DNA of 64,000 bases from contig CAZLPW010000004.1 in the NCBI GenBank assembly GCA_964561495.1, positions 4,003-68,002 of the forward strand, given 5' to 3'. This document shows, piece by piece, positions 29,467 through 39,222 of the stretch. The notes beneath the pieces were generated by a model that saw only the letters and a list, made by a program, of their open reading frames with translations, did not search any database and was not told where the DNA came from. Position 1 is the stretch's first letter, and each line of letters begins with the position of its first letter. The position numbers were made by a program, and so were the translations under genes. The stretch comes from an uncultured bacterium. GTDB taxonomy: Bacteria; Fidelibacterota; Marinisomatia; Marinisomatales; UBA1611.

Positions 29467-30371
29467 ATGAAATCTATCTCAAAAGCAACACCATTGTATA
29501 AAAAGCCTGTACCAAGAAAGAATGATGAATAAAGAATTTTAATTGAATTAACATTGTATGCTAAACCAACTCCAGACGCTGCAAAAAATGACTTCCAAAA
29601 ACTTTGTCTTGTGTTTTGGTCAATTTTATTTAGAGAACTACCCCACATAAATTCTAAATTAGTACCTATTTGGGCTTTCCCGCCAAAATTTAAATTTTCA
29701 AACTTATAATCTGAATTAAATACTCCGTCAAAAAAAATTTGCATAGGTAAATACATTAATTTTTTACTTGAACTAATTACTATTTCTTTAGGCAGTTCGC
29801 CCATATTATTGGAATTTTTTGTAAATACCTTCCCTTGATTGTTTAAACTAATTCCTAAATTTGCATCTAAGGGTTTAATATAAAATTGCAATCCTAGAGA
29901 AAATGCAATTGCATTAATTTGGTTTTTTGCTAGGTGTGATTTAAACCAGGAAACTGCAAATCCATATTTCAAATCATCCCATGTTGATCTTTTAGAGTTA
30001 TAAAAAGTTATCCAAGTATCAGAAGAGCTATATTTTTCAGTGGGAACAGATTCTGAATTATATCCACGAAACGTACCATATGATAAATTTTGAACAGTTA
30101 ATCCTATTATTCTTTGTCTTCTTGGTAAGGTTATAGCTAAACCTTGTCCCATAATACTAGAAGGATATCGAATTAGACCTGAATAAAATGTTTTCTTTGA
30201 TTTTAGCGATGCTGGATTATTGCGATTTGAAAGTGGAGAAAAAGATAAATAGCCTGAACCACCTAAAGCCATTCTATAAGGAGATAACCAAGCTTTAAAG
30301 CCAGGAAAACTTGTTTTAGGAAAAACAAAATTGACTTGTAAATAAATCAATACAAAAAAAAGTTTTTTCAT
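29463..30371 (-). CDS. Outer-membrane beta-barrel protein, PorV/PorQ/FadL-like
   Basis: 302 aa with a signal peptide. The N-terminal SPYRMALGGSGYLSFSPLSNRNNPASL resembles the (A)R..A.GGA......D......NPA.L motif of PorV/FadL-like barrels. It ends ...AFEIDFI and is ATGA-coupled to the lipase gene. Confidence 0.45.
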   Translation of the reverse strand: MKKLFFVLIYLQVNFVFPKTSFPGFKAWLSPYRMALGGSGYLSFSPLSNRNNPASLKSKKTFYSGLIRYPSSIMGQGLAITLPRRQRIIGLTVQNLSYGTFRGYNSESVPTEKYSSSDTWITFYNSKRSTWDDLKYGFAVSWFKSHLAKNQINAIAFSLGLQFYIKPLDANLGISLNNQGKVFTKNSNNMGELPKEIVISSSKKLMYLPMQIFFDGVFNSDYKFENLNFGGKAQIGTNLEFMWGSSLNKIDQNTRQSFWKSFFAASGVGLAYNVNSIKILYSSFFLGTGFLYNGVAFEIDFI

Positions 30372-30375
30372 TATT

Positions 30376-32610
30376 TTATATTAGACTAAGTGGATCAAAA
30401 AATATTTTAGCTTTATACCCAGTTGAGCCAATATCTGTTTTCAGTTTTTTTATATTATCAATAATAAATTTATGCAAAAGAAATCCATTGGGATCGATAA
30501 TTTTATTTGATTTAAATATAATTTGAAATCTATATCTATTTTTCAACTTTTCTAAATAGCATGGGGCTGGTCCTAAAATATCTAGTCCTTTATATTGGCC
30601 AAAAATTGACGAAGAAAAACTATTGGTTATTTCTTCAGTCTTGTTAAAATCCTTTCCACTAAATTCTATTTTTGCTAACCAGCTATATGGGGGATAGTTT
30701 AATTCTTTACGTTCACTAAGGGTTGATTTATAAAAATTTTTTATGTCTAATTCAGATACAAATTTAATTACTGGATTTTCTGGCATATAGGTCTGTAATA
30801 CAACTTCGCCTAATTTGTCTTTTCGCCCAGCCCTCCCTGAAGCTTGATATATTAATTGAAATATTCTTTCACTGGAACGAAAATCTGGTAAATGCAAACC
30901 TATATCTGCATTAATAATACCTACCAAAGTTGCATTTGGAAAATCTAGACCTTTTGCAATCATTTGTGTTCCCAATAAAATATCAATATTACCATCTGAA
31001 AATTGTTTTAAAATTTTAGAAATCACTGCCCCTTTTTTACCAGTATCCATATCAAGTCTTTCTATCTTTGCCTTTGGAAACATCTCAACAAGCAATTCCT
31101 CAACTCGCTGGGTGCCTGTACCAGAATATAAAATTTTATCACTACCACATTGTAAACATTGATCTAATTTTTTTATTACAGAATGACCACAAAAATGACA
31201 AATTACTTTTGCACCTTGATTATGATAAGTTAAAAAAACTTTACACTGAGGACACATTGATATATCACCACAATCTAAACATTTAATAACTGGTGAGTAA
31301 CCTCGTCGGTTATGTAAAATAATTACTTGTTCCTTTTTTAGTAACCGTTCCTCTATTTTATCTTGAAGTAATCCTGAAAAAACTGTTCCAAACTTTCCAG
31401 AGTCTTCTTTTTCTGAACCCATATCAATTACATGAATTTCTGGGTATCTGGCTAAACCATATCTTTTTGGTAAACTAATATATTTAATTTTCCCTTTTAA
31501 ATAATTAAAATAGCTTTCCAAGCTAGGTGTAGCACTAGATAAAACTATAGTAGCATTCTCTATTTTTCCTCGCATTAATGCAACATCTCTTGCATGATAA
31601 TGCGGCGAAGGGGTTTCCTGATAAAATGATGATTCCTGTTCTTCATCAACAACTATCAAACCTAAAGAGGACATTGGAGAAAATATTGCACTCCGTGCAC
31701 CGATAACTACTTTGATAATACCAGATAAAATTTGCCCCCAGGTGTTATTTCTTTGGGAAAGAGAAAGTTTAGAGTGCCAAAGGGCTACTTTATTACCAAA
31801 AACAGATTTAAAACGGCCTGATATCTGAGGAGTTAATGAAATTTCTGGTAAGAGTATAATTGCATTAAGACCCTGCTCTAAACAATACTGAACAGTACCA
31901 ATATATATTTCTGTTTTACCACTCCCAGTAACGCCATGCAATAAAAAAGAATTATATTTTTTCTTTGAAATAGAAATATTGATTTTATTTACTGCTTTTT
32001 TTTGATCCGAATTAAATTTTATTTTTTTTTGTACAATTGGAAATGAAAAGTCTTTTGTATCCAGCACAATATCTTTTTGAAAAAGAGAAACAAAACCTTT
32101 TTTCTGTAAACTCTGGCAAACACTTAACGGATTAGACATTAAACCCTTAAGCGTTTTAACCTCGATTGAATCTTTGGATTCGTTAATTATATTTTGAACT
32201 AAATATTGTTTAGGTGACTTTATCTTTAGATGGCTATAATCTCCATTTGAAATTTTCTTAACAAACCATGTTTTTCTTGGGGAGTATTCAGTATTTATAG
32301 ATGAAGGCAAAACCAATTTAGCGACTTGTCCTTTTGGTGTAAGATAATAATTACTCATCCACAGAACTAATTTCCATAAATTTTTTGAGAACACAGGTTT
32401 CTTATCAAGAATTTGTAAAACTGGCTTTATTTTACCTTGATATTTTGTTGTTGTTTTTATTTCAGTTATATAACCTTGGGCTTCAGAATTTCGGAAAGGA
32501 ACCTTGACCCTAATTCCTATATCAATACCATCTCTAAAACTTTTAGGGATTTTATATACAAAAGTTTTATAACTTGAAATTGGGAAGGTAACGTCTACAA
32601 ACATTACCAT
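30376..32610 (-). CDS. priA: Primosomal protein N' (replication restart helicase PriA)
   Basis: Walker A GVTGSGKTE, DEEQE, the zinc-binding Cys cluster CLDCG...CPQC...CHFCG...CLQCG, and GTQMIAKG.DFPN. Confidence 0.95.
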   Translation of the reverse strand: MVMFVDVTFPISSYKTFVYKIPKSFRDGIDIGIRVKVPFRNSEAQGYITEIKTTTKYQGKIKPVLQILDKKPVFSKNLWKLVLWMSNYYLTPKGQVAKLVLPSSINTEYSPRKTWFVKKISNGDYSHLKIKSPKQYLVQNIINESKDSIEVKTLKGLMSNPLSVCQSLQKKGFVSLFQKDIVLDTKDFSFPIVQKKIKFNSDQKKAVNKINISISKKKYNSFLLHGVTGSGKTEIYIGTVQYCLEQGLNAIILLPEISLTPQISGRFKSVFGNKVALWHSKLSLSQRNNTWGQILSGIIKVVIGARSAIFSPMSSLGLIVVDEEQESSFYQETPSPHYHARDVALMRGKIENATIVLSSATPSLESYFNYLKGKIKYISLPKRYGLARYPEIHVIDMGSEKEDSGKFGTVFSGLLQDKIEERLLKKEQVIILHNRRGYSPVIKCLDCGDISMCPQCKVFLTYHNQGAKVICHFCGHSVIKKLDQCLQCGSDKILYSGTGTQRVEELLVEMFPKAKIERLDMDTGKKGAVISKILKQFSDGNIDILLGTQMIAKGLDFPNATLVGIINADIGLHLPDFRSSERIFQLIYQASGRAGRKDKLGEVVLQTYMPENPVIKFVSELDIKNFYKSTLSERKELNYPPYSWLAKIEFSGKDFNKTEEITNSFSSSIFGQYKGLDILGPAPCYLEKLKNRYRFQIIFKSNKIIDPNGFLLHKFIIDNIKKLKTDIGSTGYKAKIFFDPLSLI

Positions 32611-32667
32611 TTCACATTAAATAATGTAGTTTTTATTAATAGCAACTTATATTGATAATATAACTGC

Positions 32668-33111
32668 CTATGCTTTTATAACATAAACTTTCAAGTCACC
32701 TGACAACTTATCATTTATATCAATTGGAACATGATAAATTCCTAATGATTTTATTGGTTCTTTCAATATAATCGAGCTCCTATCAACATTTATTTTATTT
32801 TCTTCAAGAGCTTTTTGAATATCTATATTAGTTATTGAACCAAACATTTTTTCATCTTCACCAACCTGCGCTGAAATTGTAATTTCTAATTTTGAAATTT
32901 TGTTAACTAAGTTTTGCCCTGCTTCGGTTAATCTTGATTCTCTACGTTCATTTACCCGCTTCCTTTCAATTGAGATTGCTAAGTTTTTTTTCGATGCCCT
33001 AAGAGCTAATCCTTCTGGAATTAATTTATTTCGAGCAAAGCCTGGTTTAACTTTAACAATATCCCCAGCAGTGCCTAATCCATCAACATCTGATAACAAA
33101 ATAATTTCCAT
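32668..33111 (-). CDS. rplI: 50S ribosomal protein L9
   Basis: MEIILL.DV..LG..GDIVKVK.G.ARN.LIP.G.A. Confidence 0.95.
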   Translation of the reverse strand: MEIILLSDVDGLGTAGDIVKVKPGFARNKLIPEGLALRASKKNLAISIERKRVNERRESRLTEAGQNLVNKISKLEITISAQVGEDEKMFGSITNIDIQKALEENKINVDRSSIILKEPIKSLGIYHVPIDINDKLSGDLKVYVIKA

Positions 33112-33135
33112 AATATAAGTTTCTCCTTAAAATTA

Positions 33136-33363
33136 TTAATCATTGGCCCTTTCAATATAGGCCATCAAACCAATTGAACGAGCTCTTTTAATACTCTTTA
33201 CAAGTTTCCGATGCATCTTGGAACTTGTCCCAGTTACACGACGAGGCATAATCTTACCCTGATCATTCACAAACCTTCGAAGCAATTTAATATCTTTGTA
33301 ATCGATATCAACTATCCCGTTTTCCTTAAAATAACAAAATTTCTTACGATTTTGAAACGTCAT
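33136..33363 (-). CDS. rpsR: 30S ribosomal protein S18
   Basis: The IDYKD...L.RF....GKI.PRR.TG...K.HR.L..AIKRAR signature. I chose the ATG at 33363 because a perfect AAGGAG lies 7 nt upstream. The track start at 33381 is a TTG further inside rpsF. Confidence 0.95.
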   Translation of the reverse strand: MTFQNRKKFCYFKENGIVDIDYKDIKLLRRFVNDQGKIMPRRVTGTSSKMHRKLVKSIKRARSIGLMAYIERAND

Positions 33364-33856
33364 TTTTCTGCTCCTTTTCAATTTCTTTTAAATCCTCTTC
33401 TCCTTTTTCTTGTTCATCCGTTTGAATATCATTATCTGGCATTTCAGATGAAGAATTATTTTCATCTTTAGTTAACTCTTCGGTATCATTATTTAAAACT
33501 TGAACATCTTTTTCATCATTCTCTGGTTTATCTGTTTTAGAATTATCATCATAAATTTCTGGTTCAGAATCCAAAGCAACTGTCATATGCCTCATAATAT
33601 GACTATTTAACTTCATCCATTTATTAAAATCAGGCATCTTTTTAGTATCTAGGGATTCAAAATGTAATAAAATAAAAAGTCCATATTTTTGTTTTTTTAT
33701 TTGGTATGCCAATCGTTTTTTAGTCCATATATAATGATTAATTATATTTGCATTAAGAAATTCTTTTAATTCTTTTTCAACTTCTTCTTTACATTTATCT
33801 ACTGTGCTAGAATCATAATTAGTATTTAGAATATAAATTGTTTCATAGTACCGCAT
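33344..33856 (-). CDS. rpsF: 30S ribosomal protein S6 with a long acidic C-terminal extension
   Basis: [10 protein letters not shown]... S6 core (~95 aa) followed by a ~75-aa D/E/K/N-rich tail. The 3' end overlaps rpsR by 20 nt. Confidence 0.9.
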   Translation of the reverse strand: MRYYETIYILNTNYDSSTVDKCKEEVEKELKEFLNANIINHYIWTKKRLAYQIKKQKYGLFILLHFESLDTKKMPDFNKWMKLNSHIMRHMTVALDSEPEIYDDNSKTDKPENDEKDVQVLNNDTEELTKDENNSSSEMPDNDIQTDEQEKGEEDLKEIEKEQKNDVSKS

Positions 33857-33866
33857 ATTTTCTCCT

Positions 33867-36047
33867 TTATTTTAACGCAATCATTGCAATCAGCGGGGCA
33901 ATAACAAGTGAAACCACCGACATTAACTTTATTAATATATTTAATGATGGCCCTGAAGTGTCCTTAAATGGATCGCCTACAGTATCACCAACAACTGCAG
34001 CTTTATGGGCATCAGATCCTTTTTTTAGAAATTCACCATCTACTGTAACTCCTTCTTCTATCATTTTTTTTGCATTATCCCATGCACCTCCAGAGTTTGA
34101 TTGAAAAATTGCCATTAAAACGCCTGAAACGGTAACACCTGCTAATAGACCACCTAAGGTTTCAGCACCAAATATAAAACCAACTATAACAGGGGATACC
34201 ACCGCCAAGATTCCTGGCGCAACCATTTCTTTAATTGCAGATTGGGTGGAAATTTCGACACATCGACCATGTTCCGCTTTAATAATCGCATCTTCATATA
34301 TATTTTTATCATCATCATTCCAGTCGCTCTCATTCTTTAAATTCATAAGCTCAAGAGCCTTTTTCAATTCTGGAATATCTCTAAACTGGCGACGAACTTC
34401 TTCAATCATTGCCATTGCAGCCCTTCCAACCGCACCCATAGCCATTGATGAAAACAAAAAAGGCAGCATTGCGCCCACAAAAAGACCTGACATAACCCAT
34501 GCATTGGTAACATCAATTAAAACCATTGCTGATGATTCAGAAAGCCCATTAGCAATTCGAACATTATAAACTGTAGTTCTAAATGCAGCAAATAGGGCTA
34601 AAGCAGTCAGGGCCGCCGAACCAATAGCAAAACCTTTACCAATAGCTGCCGTTGTATTCCCAACAGCATCAAGCTTATCTGTTCGCTCTCTAACTTTTTT
34701 TGGCAACTCTGCCATCTCAGCTATCCCGCCAGCATTATCAGATATTGGACCATAGGCATCAACAGCTAATTGTATGCCTGTATTTGCCAACATTCCTAAT
34801 GCTGCCATTGCAATCCCATACAAGCCAGCAAAATGAAACGCCCCAATTATAGCAGCTGCTATAATTAATACGGGGAGAGCAGTGGATTGCATCCCAACAC
34901 CTAAGCCTGCAATAATGTTTGTTGCAGAACCAGTTACAGATTGTTCAGTGATTGATTTAACAGGAGATGTTCCTGTACCAGTATAATACTCTGTAACCAA
35001 CCCAATCCCTAAACCTGCTAAAAGTCCAATTACAGTAGCATAAAAAACACCCATGGCATGAGTTATAGGTAAAAAATAATCTACAAGAAAATAAATTACC
35101 CCAACCATTATAAATGAAGAACCAAATTCACCAATATTTAGTGCTTTTTGAGGATTCCCACCTTCCTTAACAGAAACCATAAAAGTCCCAATTATAGAAA
35201 CTAAAATTCCAGCGCCTGCAATATATAGTGGCAATAAAACAAAATTAATTCCCTCTGGGACTCCTAGTGTAATATAAAGACTAGCTCCTAGAACCATTGA
35301 TCCAATAATAGACCCAACATAAGACTCAAATAAATCAGCTCCCATTCCAGCCACATCACCTACATTGTCACCTACATTATCAGCTATAGTAGCTGGGTTT
35401 AATGGATGATCTTCAGGTATCCCAGCCTCTACTTTCCCCACTAAATCGGCCCCCACATCAGCCGCTTTTGTGTAAATACCCCCACCAACTCTAGCAAATA
35501 AGGCAATCGAAGATGCCCCTAATGAAAACCCAGAAATTACGTTTAAGACCTTGGTAATATTTTCTTTCTCAATACCATATTTTGACGAATAAAAAACAAA
35601 TAAAGAGCTAAGACCCAACACACCTAAACCTACAACACTTAAGCCCATTACAGACCCACCACTAAAAGCAACATTAAGAGCTCTGGACAAGCTCTCTCTT
35701 GCTGCATTTGTTGTACGATTATTTGCTTTTGTCGCAACTTTCATACCTAAAAACCCTGCTAGACCTGAAGCTAATGCGCCTACCAAAAATGATAGAGAAA
35801 TAAACGCGCTAGAATCGTCTCTCCCGTTATTGGCTATTCCCAGAAGGATGGCCACCGCTAAAACAAAAACAAATAATACTCGATACTCTGCTTTCAAAAA
35901 TGACATTGCGCCTTCAGAAATACTAGCACCAATGGTTTTCATTTTATCTGTCCCCTGATCCTGTGCTTCAATCCAACTTGTCTTCCAAAAAGAATATAAA
36001 AGTGCTATTAAACCAGCACCTATAACAAGCATAATATTATAGTCCAT
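33867..36047 (-). CDS. hppA: Membrane-integral (cation-pumping) pyrophosphatase, K+-dependent sequence type
   Basis: 726 aa and highly hydrophobic. It carries the motifs [25 protein letters not shown] and [19 protein letters not shown] precedes the ATG. Confidence 0.95.
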   Translation of the reverse strand: MDYNIMLVIGAGLIALLYSFWKTSWIEAQDQGTDKMKTIGASISEGAMSFLKAEYRVLFVFVLAVAILLGIANNGRDDSSAFISLSFLVGALASGLAGFLGMKVATKANNRTTNAARESLSRALNVAFSGGSVMGLSVVGLGVLGLSSLFVFYSSKYGIEKENITKVLNVISGFSLGASSIALFARVGGGIYTKAADVGADLVGKVEAGIPEDHPLNPATIADNVGDNVGDVAGMGADLFESYVGSIIGSMVLGASLYITLGVPEGINFVLLPLYIAGAGILVSIIGTFMVSVKEGGNPQKALNIGEFGSSFIMVGVIYFLVDYFLPITHAMGVFYATVIGLLAGLGIGLVTEYYTGTGTSPVKSITEQSVTGSATNIIAGLGVGMQSTALPVLIIAAAIIGAFHFAGLYGIAMAALGMLANTGIQLAVDAYGPISDNAGGIAEMAELPKKVRERTDKLDAVGNTTAAIGKGFAIGSAALTALALFAAFRTTVYNVRIANGLSESSAMVLIDVTNAWVMSGLFVGAMLPFLFSSMAMGAVGRAAMAMIEEVRRQFRDIPELKKALELMNLKNESDWNDDDKNIYEDAIIKAEHGRCVEISTQSAIKEMVAPGILAVVSPVIVGFIFGAETLGGLLAGVTVSGVLMAIFQSNSGGAWDNAKKMIEEGVTVDGEFLKKGSDAHKAAVVGDTVGDPFKDTSGPSLNILIKLMSVVSLVIAPLIAMIALK

Positions 36048-36066
36048 ATACTAGGATTCTCCTTAA

Positions 36067-36621
36067 TTAAGAATTAAAATGATTCATGGTATAATCAATA
36101 CCATGTGTTAATAAAGAATCAATGGCATCAGCTGATTTTTCTAACATTATTTTTACCTCAGATTCAAATTTTGATAAAAAAGGCTTTAAAACATATCCCT
36201 CAGCAGGTCTCATAATCTCATCAGTTCCTATACCTAATCTAATCCTAGGAAATTCATTAGTTTTCAGATGATAAATAATATTCTCCATTCCTCGATGACA
36301 TCCATCTCCACCTTTTTTTCGGATACGAATTGTACCAAGCGGGAGATCTACGTCATCAACAATTACAAATATATCTTCTGGAAGCAAATTCCAAAAACTA
36401 GAAATATCTTTAACCGCAAGCCCACTTTTATTCATATATGTAGTAGGTTTCACAATCAAAACTTCCTTTCTTTTATAACTATTGTAAACATATTCTCCTT
36501 TTCCCGATTCAAAAGATAAGTTGTATCGCTCTGCGAATGTATTAATCGCCCAAAAACCAATATTATGTTTGGTTTTAGCATATTTATTCCCAGGGTTTCC
36601 TAAACCAATGAAAGCAATCAT
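36067..36621 (-). CDS. pth: Peptidyl-tRNA hydrolase
   Basis: GLGNPG.KY..T.HN.GF and GG..GH.G motifs; 184 aa. Confidence 0.95.
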   Translation of the reverse strand: MIAFIGLGNPGNKYAKTKHNIGFWAINTFAERYNLSFESGKGEYVYNSYKRKEVLIVKPTTYMNKSGLAVKDISSFWNLLPEDIFVIVDDVDLPLGTIRIRKKGGDGCHRGMENIIYHLKTNEFPRIRLGIGTDEIMRPAEGYVLKPFLSKFESEVKIMLEKSADAIDSLLTHGIDYTMNHFNS

Positions 36622-36623
36622 TT

Positions 36624-37301
36624 TTAATTTGAATCATCTTCTTTTTCTTTCAAATCTTCAGTCTGCTCAGTAGAATCTCCAGCATCTTCTGATTGCTCAT
36701 CAGAGTCCATATCCATTTCATCTTCTTCTTCAATAACCTCTTCCTCCTCAACTGGCATATGTATTGAGACTACATTTATTTCTGGAGGGGAAGTAATCAT
36801 TATTTCATCGCTAGGAGCTATTAAATCAGAAACACTACACGAATTGTTAATTTCCAGATTAGAAACATCAAATTCAATCTGCTCTGGTACTTCAGTGGGA
36901 AAACATTGAATTTCAACTTGATTCAAGGATTGAGTTAAAACTCCTCCCTCTTTAACACCAATAGCTTCACCAGTAAGAGTTAAGGGAATTACAATAGTGA
37001 TTTTTTCGGATCGTCGAACACGCATCAAATCAATATGTATAATTTCATCGCTCACTGGATGAAATTGAATTTCTTTTATCATAGAATATTGTTTTTCACC
37101 ATCTAATTGAATTTCAAAGATTCTTTGACCAGAATTAATTGCTTTATTTATAATAATTTTGTTTATCTCAATATTCTCCGTTGGCTCACCTTTAAAGTAT
37201 AAAACACCTGGAATTACTCCTTCTCTTCGAAGTGACTTTGCTCCTCTTGTCTTAGTTAAAGATCTATTATTAATTTTTAATTCGTAGTAGGAAATTCCCA
37301 T
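36624..37301 (-). CDS. rplY: 50S ribosomal protein L25 / general stress protein Ctc, with acidic tail
   Basis: LR..G.IPGV.Y, a two-domain Ctc-type length, and a ~40-aa D/E-rich C-terminus. Confidence 0.9.
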   Translation of the reverse strand: MGISYYELKINNRSLTKTRGAKSLRREGVIPGVLYFKGEPTENIEINKIIINKAINSGQRIFEIQLDGEKQYSMIKEIQFHPVSDEIIHIDLMRVRRSEKITIVIPLTLTGEAIGVKEGGVLTQSLNQVEIQCFPTEVPEQIEFDVSNLEINNSCSVSDLIAPSDEIMITSPPEINVVSIHMPVEEEEVIEEEDEMDMDSDEQSEDAGDSTEQTEDLKEKEDDSN

Positions 37302-37318
37302 ATTTTCAACGCTCCTTT

Positions 37319-38263
37319 TTAAAATTCAAATAATGCACTAACTGATTCACCTTTATGTATTCTAGATATTGCAGATCCAAAAACATTTGCTACCGAAACA
37401 ACTTCCATATTATCCAATAACTTGTCAGCGGTTAAGGCAATGGTATCTGTAACAATAATTTTATTAATTTTTGATGATTCTAATCGTTCTATGGCAGGCC
37501 CAGATAAAACCCCATGTGTAGCAACCGCAGTAACGGATCTTGCTTCTTTTTCAAAAGCTGCATTAGCAGCATTAATTGTAGTACCTGCAGTATCAATCAT
37601 ATCATCAATTATCAATACATCTAGACCATTTAATCGCCCAATTAAATGACTGATCTGAGCTTTATTTGGAGCAGTTCTTCTTTTATCAATTAAAGCAAAA
37701 TGCATTCCCAGACGTTTTGCATAAGCTTGACTTATCGCAGCAGATCCAATATCAGGAGCTAGGACAACTGATTTTTCAGGATTAAAATTTTGCTTTTTTA
37801 TTGCATCTATTAATACCATCCTACTATATAAATGATCAAATGGGACATTTGTAAAGCCTTGAATTTGAGTAGAATGTAAGTCCATCGTTATCACTCGGTT
37901 AACACCAATGGCTGTAAAGATATCTATCATTACTTTTGAAGAAATAGGAACACGTGGCTGGTCTTTTCTATCTTGACGACCATAACCAAAATAAGGAATA
38001 ACGGCAGTAACTCTATCCGCGGAAGCTCTCATAGCCGCATCAGTCATAAGAGCAAGTTCAATAATATTTTCAGCTGGGCTATTAGTTGATTGTATTAAAA
38101 ACACATCATGTCCTCTAACATTTTCATTAAACTTCACCCATATTTCACCATCAGAAAATGTATTGAAAGATATTTTCCCTAAAGAATAGCCCTGGGATTT
38201 TGCAATTCTTTCCCCCAGTGCTGGATTACTTCTCCCACTAAATATTTTTAATTTATTTTTCAT
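37319..38263 (-). CDS. prs: Ribose-phosphate pyrophosphokinase
   Basis: F.DGE, YFGY.RQDRK, DLHS.QIQGF and the PRPP loop IIDDMIDTAGT. Confidence 0.95.
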   Translation of the reverse strand: MKNKLKIFSGRSNPALGERIAKSQGYSLGKISFNTFSDGEIWVKFNENVRGHDVFLIQSTNSPAENIIELALMTDAAMRASADRVTAVIPYFGYGRQDRKDQPRVPISSKVMIDIFTAIGVNRVITMDLHSTQIQGFTNVPFDHLYSRMVLIDAIKKQNFNPEKSVVLAPDIGSAAISQAYAKRLGMHFALIDKRRTAPNKAQISHLIGRLNGLDVLIIDDMIDTAGTTINAANAAFEKEARSVTAVATHGVLSGPAIERLESSKINKIIVTDTIALTADKLLDNMEVVSVANVFGSAISRIHKGESVSALFEF

Positions 38264-38273
38264 TTTTTTATTG

Positions 38274-38344
38274 CTGGGCCGCAGGGACTCGAACCCCGAC
38301 TGCCGGGACCAAAACCCGGTGTCCTACCATTAGACGACAGCCCA
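38274..38344 (-). tRNA. tRNA-Gln (anticodon UUG)
   Basis: Folded by hand as a cloverleaf from the minus strand: TGGGCTG-TC-GTCT-AATGGTA-GGAC-A-CCGGG-TTTTGGT-CCCGG-CAGT-CGGGG-TTCGAGT-CCCTG-CGGCCCA-G. All four stems pair, with a few G-U pairs. The T-loop is TTCGAGT and the anticodon is TTG. 71 nt; CCA is not encoded. Confidence 0.9.
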
Positions 38345-38351
38345 AAATTTT

Positions 38352-39200
38352 TTATATGGCAAAATGAATTTTTGGACGAGTAATTACAGAATGGTATTCA
38401 GAGGAAAATTTTGACTTTGCCAACATAGCTTTGGCTTCATCATCAAATAATCCAAACACAGTCGAGCCTGAACCCGACAGACTGGCATACCATGCTCCGC
38501 TTCTCAAAAGCGAGCTCTTAATTCGCCCAATCTCTGGATATGCTGGAAAAATGACTATTTCAAAATCATTTTTAAACATCTCAAAAGGAGTTTTCTTTTC
38601 ACCAATTAAGCCGCGAAATTTAATATTGCAACTATCTTCATCCAATACGTTTTTAATTTGGCCGTATGCCCAAGATGTTTCGATATTGATTTTCGGCATT
38701 ATCAATAATACAGAACCATCAACAAATGAATTTACTTCAGTTAAAATATCACCTACACCTTCCCCAATTTGGGTTCCACCCTTAATAAAAAAGGGTACAT
38801 CAGCACCAATTTTAATTGCAACCTGTTTTAGCTCTTGACTAGACATTCCTAATTTAAATAACTCGTTGATACCTTTTAAAGTCGCTGCTGCATTGGAAGA
38901 CCCCCCTCCAAGCCCAGCACCAACAGGAATCTTTTTTTTTAACTTAATTGATATTCCGCTCAATCCAAATTTATCTGCCATCAAATTCCAAGCTTTAACA
39001 CATAAATTATCGTTATTATTTAAATTTTTAATGTTACAAGTAAAACTATTCCTCGATTTAGTCTTTTTTAGTGTTATCATATCGTGAAATAATAACTCTT
39101 GATATACGGTATTAATATCATGATAATCGTCTGCTCTTTTGTGCCCTATCTTTAACCCAATATTTATTTTACAGTAAGATTGAAAACTTATTTTGTTCAA
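38352..39200 (-). CDS. ispE: 4-diphosphocytidyl-2-C-methyl-D-erythritol kinase
   Basis: K.N..L.I...R.DGYH, the GHMP-kinase loop KKIPVGAGLGGGSSNAAA, and SGSGSTVFG. Confidence 0.9.
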   Translation of the reverse strand: MNKISFQSYCKINIGLKIGHKRADDYHDINTVYQELLFHDMITLKKTKSRNSFTCNIKNLNNNDNLCVKAWNLMADKFGLSGISIKLKKKIPVGAGLGGGSSNAAATLKGINELFKLGMSSQELKQVAIKIGADVPFFIKGGTQIGEGVGDILTEVNSFVDGSVLLIMPKINIETSWAYGQIKNVLDEDSCNIKFRGLIGEKKTPFEMFKNDFEIVIFPAYPEIGRIKSSLLRSGAWYASLSGSGSTVFGLFDDEAKAMLAKSKFSSEYHSVITRPKIHFAI

Positions 39201-39222
39201 TTTAATCTATATTTTATAATTA

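Noticed and set aside
38264-38351. tRNA-Gln as a possible integration site for a mobile element.
   Set aside because: No integrase, direct repeat of the tRNA 3' end or atypical gene content flanks it. The neighbours (ispE and prs) are core genes in a commonly conserved arrangement.
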